The notes under the pieces were generated by a model. That model had not been told where the DNA came from. It did no database searches and was given only the letters and a program-made list of their open reading frames with translations. Source: Pirellulales bacterium (GTDB taxonomy: Bacteria; Planctomycetota; Planctomycetia; Pirellulales; UBA1268). Taken from it: a DNA stretch of 39,609 nt. The first letter of the stretch is position 1. Each line of letters opens with the position of its first letter. Positions 27,851 through 36,487 of the stretch are shown in pieces. A program made the position numbers and the translations under genes. The stretch is taken from contig JBIPLS010000003.1 of the NCBI GenBank assembly GCA_044368305.1, positions 1 to 39,609 of the forward strand, read 5' to 3'.

Positions 27851-28237
27851 ATGGCCAAGGCCGCCTCCCCCGCCTCGACCGCCGCCAGCATGCAGGGCGC
27901 GGGCCACGCATACGCCGTCGTCGTGGACGGCGGCCGGCAGTACATGGTCCGCGAAGGGCAGGAACTGGAGATCGACTTCCGCCACCAGGATGACGGCACG
28001 CCGCTGCCGGCGGGCAGCGAGGTGGTGTTCGACGACGTGCTCGCGGTCAGCAAGGCCGGCCAGCTCACCCTCGGCAAGCCTAAGGTGAAGGGGGCCAAGG
28101 TGAAGGCCGAAGTGCTCGGCCTCGTGCAGGGCGAGAAGATCTACGTGCAGAAGTTCAAGCGGCGGAAGAACTACCGCCGCCGCACGGGGCATCGGTCGCT
28201 GGCCACGAAGGTCCGCATCGCCAGCATCACGGCCTGA
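27851..28237 (+). CDS. rplU: 50S ribosomal protein L21
   Basis: YAVVVDGGRQYMVREG, GEKIYVQKFKRRKNYRRRTGHR. About 19-aa N-terminal extension; start may be 27890. Confidence 0.95.
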   Translation: MAKAASPASTAASMQGAGHAYAVVVDGGRQYMVREGQELEIDFRHQDDGTPLPAGSEVVFDDVLAVSKAGQLTLGKPKVKGAKVKAEVLGLVQGEKIYVQKFKRRKNYRRRTGHRSLATKVRIASITA

Positions 28238-28248
28238 CGATCGCGTTC

Positions 28249-28424
28249 AAGAAGGCCCTGGCGCCAGCCGAGGGCTGGGCGCGGTGTGGATGGTGTGACG
28301 GCTTTCGCGCCCGGAGTCCCCGGGCTTGGCGCCCGGGGCTTTATGGGCGCTGGTGGGCTTGGCGTTCGGGGCTTTACGGTGGTGGCCCGGCACGCGTCAT
28401 GAAGCCCCCGGCGCCAGCCGGGGG
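28249..28424. repeat. Cluster of four REP/PATE-like hairpin repeats
   Basis: Copies at 28249-28274 (+, degenerate), 28318-28344 (-), 28355-28377 (-, degenerate), 28399-28424 (+). Consensus about ATRAAGCCCCSGGCGCCA(A)GCCSGGGG. Confidence 0.75.
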
Positions 28425-28435
28425 ATGGGCGGGGT

Positions 28436-30328
28436 TCAGAGTCCGAGTCCCGCCAGCGGGCCGCCCCGCCGGCAGAGTTCGTCGACGCGGGTCGTGACGG
28501 CCGGATCCTCCTCGCAGGGCGGCGCGTGGTGCGGCTTGAGCCGGGCGTCGATGACGAGCGGGCCGCGACAGCCCCAGTGCTTCTGGTGCGTGAAGGCCTC
28601 CACGCCGTGGACGTCGGCGGCCGGGTTCGACCGCGTGAACGTCACCCAGAGGAAGTTTTCCAGGCTCGCGGCCGCAAAGGCAGCGTCGTCCACGACGACG
28701 ACGAGCGGGAAGGCCCGCAGCGGATGTTCGGGGCCGACGGCGGCACAGAACCGCTCGATGTCGGCTGACCATGGGGCGGTGGCGGCCTGCGCCCAGATCG
28801 CGGCGTCGCCTTCCGCGGCGAGCGATGGCTGCGGCTCGATCCGCGGGCCGGCCACGGCGACCACGCCCGGCAGGCAGACGCGGGCATCCGGGAATCCGGC
28901 CGGCAATTCGAGGCCGGCGGGGAGCGTGCCGGGCAGTTCGCGGATGGCCGGGCCACGGGCGGCGACGACGAGCTTGGAGCCCGCGTTGAAGCCGGTCCCG
29001 GAGTAGTCGAGCGTGTCGATGGTGGTCTCGGTGTGGAAGTGGCAGTCCCGCCGCCAGTCGGCCCGGGCGAGCAGCCATTCCAGAAACGGCTGGATCTCGT
29101 GGGCGTCGAGCCCCGGGGCGTCGCCGCCGGCGACGATGAACAGATACTTGGCGAGCGAGAGCTGCCCCTGCCCGAGGATCGCCGCGGCCTGCGTGAGCAG
29201 TTCCGCGGGCCGGCCCGATGCCTTCCAAGGCAGGTATCGCTCGCTGCCCACGGCGAGCAGGAGCGGGTGGACGCCCGAGGCATCGACGGCGTGGACGCTC
29301 GACACGCCCGGCAGGACCGTGGGGATGACCGGGCCGGTGAGTTCGTGGACGAGCCAGCCGAAGAGCGTGTCCTCCTGGGGCGGGCGGCCGACGACCGTCA
29401 CCGGCCAGATCGCCCCCGGGCGGTGCCAGACCTGATCCACCCGCATCACGGGGAACTCGTGCCGGCGGGCGTAGTAGCCCAGGTGGTCGCCGAACGGCCC
29501 TTCGGGCTTGGTCTCCCCGGGCATCACCGTGCCCTCGATCACGAAGTCGGCGTCGGCGTAGATCGCGGGCCGGTCGCGGCGGGCGATCATCGGGATGCGG
29601 TGGCCCGCGAGCGCGCCGGCGAACGTCAGCTCCGGCAGTCCCTCGGGTAGCGGCATCACGGCCGAGACGGCCATGGCCGGCGAGCCGCCGACGAACACGT
29701 TCACCTTCAGGGGCTCGCCCCGGCGCAGGGCCGCGGCGTGGTGCAGGCCGATGCCGCGGTGGAGCTGGTAGTGGAGGCCCACCTCGCGGTCGACCTCGTA
29801 GGCGTTGCCGGCCAGCTGTACGCGGTACATGCCGAGGTTCGACCGCCGCGTGCCCGGCCGGTCGGGATCCTCCGTGTAGACGCACGGCAGCGTGACGAAG
29901 GGGCCGCCGTCGCCCGGCCACGACACGACCTGCGGCAGTCGCGAGAGCGGGATGGTCCGCGCGAGCACCGGGCCGGTGCGGACCCGCCTGGGCAGCGTGG
30001 TCAGGCCGTCGAGGGGCGCCCGCCAGTAGCGGAGGGGATGCCGCAGGGCGGCCGTGGGGTCGATCTTGAGCTCCACCAGCCGCCGGACGCGGTCCAGGGT
30101 GTCGGCAAAGATCCGTTCGATCCGGGACCGCGTGCCGTAGAGATTGACGAGCACCGGGAAGGTGGATCCCGTGGGCCGCGTGAACAGCACCGCCGGGCCG
30201 GCGGCCCGGAACAGCCGGCGCTGGATCTCGGCGATTTCCAGGTGCGGATCGACGGGGGCATCGACGACCACCGCCTGCCGCCCGGCCACGAGGGCATCGA
30301 CGCAGTCGCGGAGAGAGCGGAATCCCAT
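28436..30328 (-). CDS. UbiD-family prFMN-dependent decarboxylase (long form)
   Basis: VDPHLEIAEIQRR, WPGDGGPFVTLP, NLGMYRVQ, EGPFGDHLGYY, FLWVTFTRSNPAAD. Confidence 0.93.
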   Translation of the reverse strand: MGFRSLRDCVDALVAGRQAVVVDAPVDPHLEIAEIQRRLFRAAGPAVLFTRPTGSTFPVLVNLYGTRSRIERIFADTLDRVRRLVELKIDPTAALRHPLRYWRAPLDGLTTLPRRVRTGPVLARTIPLSRLPQVVSWPGDGGPFVTLPCVYTEDPDRPGTRRSNLGMYRVQLAGNAYEVDREVGLHYQLHRGIGLHHAAALRRGEPLKVNVFVGGSPAMAVSAVMPLPEGLPELTFAGALAGHRIPMIARRDRPAIYADADFVIEGTVMPGETKPEGPFGDHLGYYARRHEFPVMRVDQVWHRPGAIWPVTVVGRPPQEDTLFGWLVHELTGPVIPTVLPGVSSVHAVDASGVHPLLLAVGSERYLPWKASGRPAELLTQAAAILGQGQLSLAKYLFIVAGGDAPGLDAHEIQPFLEWLLARADWRRDCHFHTETTIDTLDYSGTGFNAGSKLVVAARGPAIRELPGTLPAGLELPAGFPDARVCLPGVVAVAGPRIEPQPSLAAEGDAAIWAQAATAPWSADIERFCAAVGPEHPLRAFPLVVVVDDAAFAAASLENFLWVTFTRSNPAADVHGVEAFTHQKHWGCRGPLVIDARLKPHHAPPCEEDPAVTTRVDELCRRGGPLAGLGL

Positions 30329-30414
30329 GAACCGGTGCCAGCCGTGAAAATCGGGTAAATTGCCGAACTAGTTATAGGCTCCCGACCCGCGTGCGACCGG
30401 AGATCCCGCTTTTC

Positions 30415-30825
30415 ATGGTCAGCCTCACCAGCACCTACGACGGCGGCCTCCGCTGCCGCGCCGTCCACGGCCCTTCCGGCACCGCGCTCGTCACCGACGC
30501 GCCGGTGGACAACCACGGCAAGGGGGAGAGTTTTTCGCCGACCGATCTGGTGGCCACGGCGCTGGGCGCCTGCATGATGACGGTCATGGGAATCGTGGCC
30601 GAGCGGCACGGGATCGACCTCACGGGCATGAAGGCCGAGACCATCAAGGAGATGACGAAACAGCCCCCGCGCCGGATCGCCGCACTCCGCACCCGGATCA
30701 CGGTGCCGCTGCCGCCGGATCACCCCGAGCGGGCCGCGCTCGAGAAGGCGGCCCACTCCTGCCCGGTGCACGCGAGCCTGCACCCGGAGATCGACGCCGC
30801 GGTGGAGTTCGTATGGGCCGGCTGA
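30415..30825 (+). CDS. OsmC/Ohr-family protein
   Basis: TDAPVDNHGKGESFSPTDLVATALGAC, AAHSCPVHASL (two Cys). Confidence 0.92.
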   Translation: MVSLTSTYDGGLRCRAVHGPSGTALVTDAPVDNHGKGESFSPTDLVATALGACMMTVMGIVAERHGIDLTGMKAETIKEMTKQPPRRIAALRTRITVPLPPDHPERAALEKAAHSCPVHASLHPEIDAAVEFVWAG

Positions 30826-31985
30826 TGTCGCGCGTGGTCCGTGGCCAAACCCCGCCGTGGCCTGCGTCCACCCGGCCACCCGGTCGGCGGTCGCCGCACC
30901 GTGCGGCGACGGTCCTTGTCCGCGGCCTGCTCTCCGTCTTGCTCGCCGGTGTTGCGGCCAGCCGAGCCCGGGCGGTGGAACTCGACCCCGCCCGGCCGAT
31001 CACGCGGATCGCCGCCGGTTCCTGCATCCGCCAGGACCGGCCACAGCCGATTTGGGCCGGCGTGGCGGCCTTCGGGCCCGAGGTGCTCCTTCTCCTCGGC
31101 GACACCATCTACGGCGACACGGAGGACATGGCGGTCCTGCGCGAGAAGTACGGCCGACTCGCCGCGAACGCGGGCTTCGCGGCCGTACGGGCCAAGGCGC
31201 CGCTCGTCGCCGTCTGGGACGACCACGACTACGGCGCCAACGACGCCGGGCGGGAGTATCCGCGACGCCGCGAGTCGCAGCAGGAGTTCCTCGACTTCTT
31301 CGGTGTGGCCGTCGACTCGCCGCTGCGGAAACAGGAGGGGATCTTTCGGGCGGTCACGGTCGGCCCGCCGGGGAAGCGGGTGCAGTTCATCTGTCTCGAC
31401 ACCCGCTACCACCGCTCGTCGTTGGCGACGCTGCCGCGTGCGGAGCGGGTCAAGGGAAAGGGACACTACGTCCCCTCCGAAGACCCGCAGCAGGCCGTGC
31501 TCGGGGAGGAACAGTGGGCCTGGCTCGCCGGCGCCCTCCGGGAGCCGGCCGAACTGCGGATCGTGCTCTCGAGCATCCAGGTCGCCGCGACGGAGCATCG
31601 CTTCGAGCACTGGGGCAACTTCCCCCGGGAGCGGGCCCGGCTGTTCAAGGCCCTGCGCGACTCGGCCGCGCGGGGCCTGATCGTCGTCAGCGGCGACCGG
31701 CATGCCGCCGAGATCAGCCGCGTCCCCCCGGGCGACGACGGGATCGACTATCCGCTGTTCGACCTCACCGCCAGCAGCTTCAACCAGTCCAGAGGGGTCA
31801 GGGACGACGAGCCGAACCGGCACCGCGTCGGCCCGCGGTACGGCGCGATCAACTTCGGCACCATCGAGATCGACTGGGACGCCGCCACCCCGACGGTCAC
31901 GCTGGCGATCCGCGACGAGCAGGCCGCCGTCGTCCACGCGGAGCGGGTGCCGTTCGCGGTCCTCGCCCCGCCCGCGGGCCGCTGA
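30825..31985 (+). CDS. Alkaline phosphatase D family protein, exported
   Basis: IAAGSC, LLLGDTIYGD, WDDHDYG.ND, LDTRY, LGEEQW, SGDRH. Start uncertain. Confidence 0.9.
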   Translation: MSRVVRGQTPPWPASTRPPGRRSPHRAATVLVRGLLSVLLAGVAASRARAVELDPARPITRIAAGSCIRQDRPQPIWAGVAAFGPEVLLLLGDTIYGDTEDMAVLREKYGRLAANAGFAAVRAKAPLVAVWDDHDYGANDAGREYPRRRESQQEFLDFFGVAVDSPLRKQEGIFRAVTVGPPGKRVQFICLDTRYHRSSLATLPRAERVKGKGHYVPSEDPQQAVLGEEQWAWLAGALREPAELRIVLSSIQVAATEHRFEHWGNFPRERARLFKALRDSAARGLIVVSGDRHAAEISRVPPGDDGIDYPLFDLTASSFNQSRGVRDDEPNRHRVGPRYGAINFGTIEIDWDAATPTVTLAIRDEQAAVVHAERVPFAVLAPPAGR

Positions 31986-32008
31986 ACCTCCGCGTCGGGA
32001 TCCGCTCC

Positions 32009-33346
32009 ATGGCCGACCTGTTCTCCGCGTCACGCGCCGCGAACGTCGCCCGGGCGGCGCCGCTGGCCGCGCGGATGCGGCCGCGGCGGCTCGCCGATTA
32101 CGTCGGCCAGGAGAAGATCGTCGGCCCGGGCAGGCTCCTGCGCAGGCTCATCGAGGCCGACCGTCTCGGCTCGGTGATCCTCTACGGGCCGCCGGGCGTC
32201 GGCAAGACGACGCTCGCCGAGATCATTGCCCACGAGACCCGGCGCCGATTCGTCGAGCTGTCGGCGACGGCGGCGGGCGTGAAGGACGTCCGCGACGTGC
32301 TCGATGCGGCCCGCCGCCGGCTCGAGGACGACGGCCAGCGGACCTGCCTGTTCATCGACGAGATTCACCGCTTCAACAAGACGCAGCAGGACGTGCTCCT
32401 GCCCGACGTGGAGAGCGGCGTGATCGCCCTCATCGGCGCGACCACCCACAACCCGTTCTTCGCCCTGACGTCGGCCCTCGTCAGCCGCAGCCGGATCTTC
32501 GAATTGGAGAGCCTGTCCGCCGCCGACGTCGCCACGATTCTCGACCGTGCGGTCGCCGACCGGGAGCACGGCCTCGGCGCCGAGCAGGTCACGCTCCTGC
32601 CCGCCGCCCGTGACTTTCTCGTCGCGACCGCCGATGGCGACGCCCGTCGGGCGCTGGGCGGCCTGGAGGTGGGCGTGCTCTCGACCGCCGCGCGGCCGCT
32701 GGTCTTCACGCTGGAACTGGCCCACGAGAGCGTGCAGCGCAAGGCGCTGCGGTACGACGCGGGCGACACGCACTACGACTGCGCCAGCGCCCTCATCAAG
32801 AGCATCCGCGGCAGCGACGCCGATGCGGGGCTGTACTGGCTGGCCCGGATGCTGGAGGGGGGCGAGGACGTGCGGTTTCTGGCCCGCCGGCTCGTGATCC
32901 TCGCCAGCGAGGACGTCGGCAACGCCGACCCGCGGGCGCTGGTGATCGCCGTCGCCGCGATGCAGGCCACCGAGTTCGTCGGTCTGCCGGAGTGCCAGCT
33001 CACGCTCGCCCAGGCGGTGACGTATCTGGCGCTCGCCCCCAAGAGCAATGCCTGCACGTTGGCGATCGGCGCGGCCCGCCGGGACGTCCGCGAGCAGGCC
33101 GTGATCCCCGTGCCGCGGCACTTGCAGGACAAGCACTACGCCGGCGCCAGGCGGCTCGGTCACGGCCAAGGCTACGAGTACTCCCACGAGGCTCCCGACG
33201 GCATCGCCGCCCAGGACTACCTCGGCGTGGAGAAGCGGTATTACGAGCCGACCGACCGGGGGCTGGAGCGGGATCTCGGCGAGCGGCTCGCGGAGATCAG
33301 GCGGCGTCTGCACGCGGGCCGCAGGAGCGAGCCCGAAGCGCCGTGA
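32009..33346 (+). CDS. rarA: Replication-associated recombination protein A (MgsA/RarA)
   Basis: PLAARMRP, GPPGVGKTT, FIDEIHRFNK, GATTHNP, SALIKSIRGSD, ASEDVGNADP. Confidence 0.96.
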   Translation: MADLFSASRAANVARAAPLAARMRPRRLADYVGQEKIVGPGRLLRRLIEADRLGSVILYGPPGVGKTTLAEIIAHETRRRFVELSATAAGVKDVRDVLDAARRRLEDDGQRTCLFIDEIHRFNKTQQDVLLPDVESGVIALIGATTHNPFFALTSALVSRSRIFELESLSAADVATILDRAVADREHGLGAEQVTLLPAARDFLVATADGDARRALGGLEVGVLSTAARPLVFTLELAHESVQRKALRYDAGDTHYDCASALIKSIRGSDADAGLYWLARMLEGGEDVRFLARRLVILASEDVGNADPRALVIAVAAMQATEFVGLPECQLTLAQAVTYLALAPKSNACTLAIGAARRDVREQAVIPVPRHLQDKHYAGARRLGHGQGYEYSHEAPDGIAAQDYLGVEKRYYEPTDRGLERDLGERLAEIRRRLHAGRRSEPEAP

Positions 33347-34073
33347 GTTCAGCGGCCACGACGCCCGTGAGCGTCGCCTCCAGCCGCTCGAGAGCCCGGG
33401 CCACCGCCGCGCCGTCGATCACGCGGTGATCGGCGATCAGGGTGACGAGGCAGCGACCGTCCGGCTCCAGCGGCCCGGGGGCGAGGCTCGTCGTGCAGAG
33501 CGTGGGATGAAAGCGGTTGCAGGCCTGCTGGCCCGCGAGCGTGGAGAGGCTGAACGTGCCGATTCGCGACGGCCGCTTGGGGGAGGCGGAGTCGAGGTTC
33601 CAGCGGAGGATCGCCCGGCGGATCGGCCCCGGCATGCGCTCGAGCTGCAACTGCCGCTTGAACGTGTCCACGACGGGCCGGGTCGAGCAGGCGGTGACGA
33701 ACGCCTGGATGTCGGCGAGCGGCAGCGCGTCGGGCTGTGGCAGACGGGCGAAGCACAGCCGCTCGTCGGGGCCCTCGATGCGGTTCACGGCCAGCGTGGC
33801 CACGCTCTCGCTCGATGTCGCCAGCCGGGGCCGCAGGCCGCGGATGAACCAGGTGCGCAGCACCGGCATCTCCCGGGCCACCAGCCCGTAGGCCTTGAGG
33901 AACAGGGCCGTCCAGCCAATCCGCACGGCGGCGGCGGCCCGGGCATCGGCGACGGCCCCCAGCCGCAGCACCCGATCCACGGGAAACAGGGGCAGTTCCC
34001 GGGCGACGAGCGCCACGTCCGCGATGCAGCCGCGGTTTCCGGAGACGGCGGCGGTGGTGATCGTCGGGGGCAT
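33297..34073 (-). CDS. Stand-alone 2-oxoacid-dehydrogenase E2-type acyltransferase catalytic domain
   Basis: FLKAYG, GTFSLSTL, DHRVIDG (HxxxDG); no lipoyl or E3-binding domain. 3' end overlaps rarA by 50 nt. Confidence 0.75.
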   Translation of the reverse strand: MPPTITTAAVSGNRGCIADVALVARELPLFPVDRVLRLGAVADARAAAAVRIGWTALFLKAYGLVAREMPVLRTWFIRGLRPRLATSSESVATLAVNRIEGPDERLCFARLPQPDALPLADIQAFVTACSTRPVVDTFKRQLQLERMPGPIRRAILRWNLDSASPKRPSRIGTFSLSTLAGQQACNRFHPTLCTTSLAPGPLEPDGRCLVTLIADHRVIDGAAVARALERLEATLTGVVAAELTALRARSCGPRADAA

Positions 34074-34171
34074 AGGGTGTTCTGGAGGCCGATTTTCAGC
34101 GATTGGAGCGAGTTCGGGCGGCCGGGGGAACGGCATTTCCGGCCCCGGTGGCACTTTTCCCGCTCCGGGAT

Positions 34172-34198
34172 GCATCCGCCGGCGGCCGCCGTGCGAAT
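34172..34198 (+). promoter_or_regulatory. Putative SigK-type ECF autoregulatory promoter
   Basis: GCATCC-N15-GCGAAT about 90 nt upstream of the sigma gene; similar to the SigK-type CCATCC-N15-CCGAAT consensus. Confidence 0.55.
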
Positions 34199-34290
34199 CC
34201 ATGGGTGTCCGGCGCGGCTTCGGCGGCTCGCCGGGCGGGATATGCTCGGGATCCAACGACCTCGACCCCCGCGGAAGTGCCAGCCGAGCC

Positions 34291-34860
34291 ATGAGCCGTA
34301 CCGGAATCCTCGCGGATGTCGCCGCCGGACGGCCGGGGGCGATGGAGGCATGCATCGCGGAGTTCACAGGTCTCGTATGGGCCTTGGCGACGAGAATGTC
34401 GCCGGGCCGGGAAGACGCGGAAGAGGGAGTCCAGGAGGTGTTCATCGACGTCTGGAAGCACGCGTCGCGGTTCGATCCGGCCACGTCGTCGGAGGCGACT
34501 TTCGTGGCGCTGCTCGCGCGACGTAGGCTCATCGACAGGCACCGCCGCCGGGCATGCCGCCCTGGCTTCGCGTCCGTGCAGTCGCTGGCCGATGTGCCGG
34601 CGACCGCCTCCGGCGCCGCCATCGATACCATCGACACGGCCGACGAGGCCGACGGCATCCGGCGGCTCCTCGGCCGGCTGCGGCCCGAGGAGCGGCAGGT
34701 CCTGGAACTCGCGATCGGCGCGGGCCTGTCGCAGCCAGCCATCGCGGAACGGATGGGGATCCCCGTGGGCACCGTCAAGTCACTCGCCCGGCGCGGCCTC
34801 ATCCGCCTGCGGGAACTCGTCCAGGAGACACGTCAGTCAATCGAGGTGGCGACCCCATGA
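34291..34860 (+). CDS. ECF sigma factor (SigK-like)
   Basis: Region 2 DAEEGVQEVFIDVWKHASRFD, ARRRLIDR; region 4 SQPAIAERMGIPVGTVKS..RRGLIRLR. Confidence 0.93.
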   Translation: MSRTGILADVAAGRPGAMEACIAEFTGLVWALATRMSPGREDAEEGVQEVFIDVWKHASRFDPATSSEATFVALLARRRLIDRHRRRACRPGFASVQSLADVPATASGAAIDTIDTADEADGIRRLLGRLRPEERQVLELAIGAGLSQPAIAERMGIPVGTVKSLARRGLIRLRELVQETRQSIEVATP

Positions 34861-35690
34861 CCACGGGAAATGACATGCACGACGAAGTCCATCGGCCCCG
34901 GCACGTGCCGGAACGGTTGCTCGAACTGCTGGCCGACCGGGCCGTGTTCGGTCTCGACGACGCCGAGCGGCGCGAACTCGACGGCCTGCTGCGCGACCAT
35001 CCGGTCGCCGACGAGGCCGGCCTCGAGTGGATCGCCGCCGCCGTGGCCGTGGCGACGGCGGCGGGGGCGGGCGTCGATCCTCCGCCCGGCCTGAAGGCGC
35101 GGCTGCAGGACGACGCCCGGCGGTTCCGCTCCGTGCCGAAGACGCCGCTGCTCGCCCGGGGCATCGTGACGGCGGCCATGGCGTCGCTGGCGACGGCCGC
35201 CGGATTGCTGCTGATGGTCGGCCGCCGGAGCGAGGAAGCCTCGCCGCCGGTCGCGCCATCGGATCCGCCTGCCGTCGCGGTGCGGGGCGGCTCGACGCCG
35301 GCCGTGCAGCGGGAGGAACTCCTCGAAAATGTCCAGGACGTGGTGCGGCTCGACTGCGCCGCCGGCGGTGGCGAGCCGGATGACGCGCGGGCCCTGGTCG
35401 ACGTGGTGTGGAGCCCCTCGCGGCAGCGCGGCTTCCTGCGGATCCGCGGCCTGATGAAGAACGACCCGGCTCGCAGCCGGTATCAGATCTGGATCATCGA
35501 CGGCTCGCGCGGCACGCCCCTGCCCGGCGGCTTGTTCGACATCGCCAGCGAGGATGGCGAAGTGGTGGTGCCGATCCTGCCACGCGGTTTCGTGCAGGCG
35601 CCGACGATGCTGGCGATCACCGTGGAGGCGCCCGGTGGCGCCGACGGCTCCGGGTTCGACCGCGGCCGGGTCGTCGCCAAGACCGACTGA
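34857..35690 (+). CDS. Anti-sigma factor, RskA-like
   Basis: ATGA-coupled to the sigma gene; LLADRAVFGLDDAE, PPPGLKARL, TM, GLMKNDP...YQIWIID...GGLFD...AITVEAPGG. Confidence 0.85.
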   Translation: MTTGNDMHDEVHRPRHVPERLLELLADRAVFGLDDAERRELDGLLRDHPVADEAGLEWIAAAVAVATAAGAGVDPPPGLKARLQDDARRFRSVPKTPLLARGIVTAAMASLATAAGLLLMVGRRSEEASPPVAPSDPPAVAVRGGSTPAVQREELLENVQDVVRLDCAAGGGEPDDARALVDVVWSPSRQRGFLRIRGLMKNDPARSRYQIWIIDGSRGTPLPGGLFDIASEDGEVVVPILPRGFVQAPTMLAITVEAPGGADGSGFDRGRVVAKTD

Positions 35691-35754
35691 CACGGGTCAC
35701 CTTTTTCTTCCCGTGACGGACCGTCGGCCGAGGCGGCCGCTACACTGACGGGCC

Positions 35755-36207
35755 ATGCGAGTGGTCGTGCAGCGGGTGCGGGAGGCCGAAGTGGAAATCG
35801 CCGGCGCGGCGGCGGCCGGGATCGGCCCGGGCCTGGTCGTCCTCGTGGGCGTGGAGGCGGGTGACGGCGAGGCAGACGCCGATTGGCTGGCCGGAAAGAT
35901 CGCCACCCTGCGGATCTTCGCCGACGACGCGGGCAGGATGAACCGCGACGTTCGCGAGATCGGCGGCGAGGTGCTCGTGGTTAGCCAGTTCACCCTGCAC
36001 GCCAGCACGAAGAGGGGGAACCGGCCGAGTTTCATGCGGGCGGCCCCGCCGGGGGAGGCGGTGCCGCTGTACGAGAAGTTCTGCGCCGCGGTCGGCGCCG
36101 CGACGGGGCGGCCTCCCGCCCGTGGTGTGTTCGCCGCCGACATGCAGGTGCGGCTGGTGAACGACGGCCCGGTGACGATCGTGATCGACTCCCGGCGGCC
36201 GGAGTAG
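35755..36207 (+). CDS. dtd: D-aminoacyl-tRNA deacylase
   Basis: MRVVVQRV, LRIF.D, SQFTL, GNRPSF, NDGPVT. Confidence 0.97.
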   Translation: MRVVVQRVREAEVEIAGAAAAGIGPGLVVLVGVEAGDGEADADWLAGKIATLRIFADDAGRMNRDVREIGGEVLVVSQFTLHASTKRGNRPSFMRAAPPGEAVPLYEKFCAAVGAATGRPPARGVFAADMQVRLVNDGPVTIVIDSRRPE

Positions 36208-36223
36208 ATGGCGCCGGGGGGCG

Positions 36224-36232
36224 TGGTATGAT
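36224..36232 (+). promoter_or_regulatory. Putative extended -10 promoter for tRNA-His
   Basis: TGGTATGAT about 38 nt upstream of the tRNA. Confidence 0.5.
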
Positions 36233-36269
36233 CCGTTTGTTCACGGCGGCCGGGCGGCCGCCGTATCGC

Positions 36270-36344
36270 GGTGGCTATAGCTCAGTTGGTTAGAGCATCG
36301 GTTTGTGGTACCGAGGGTCGCGGGTTCGAGTCCCGTTAGCCACC
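36270..36344 (+). tRNA. tRNA-His(GTG) with encoded G-1
   Basis: G-GTGGCTATAGCTCAGTTGGTTAGAGCATCGGTTTGTGGTACCGAGGGTCGCGGGTTCGAGTCCCGTTAGCCAC-C; anticodon GTG, C73 discriminator. Full CCA not encoded. Confidence 0.97.
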
Positions 36345-36487
36345 CTGAAAAACGAGGGCGTTTGCCCGCGCGGCTGGCGGCCGCTGTCGGAAACGCCCAC
36401 CCGGACACGACTTCACCCCACGCGACAGCGCGGATCCGCCGGCCGAAAATAATTTCGGTTCATCGGGGTTTTCCGTGGGTCCGCCGT

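Noticed and set aside
28249-28424. Possible CRISPR mini-array
   Set aside because: The repeats are in mixed orientation with irregular spacing and are degenerate; no cas genes are present.
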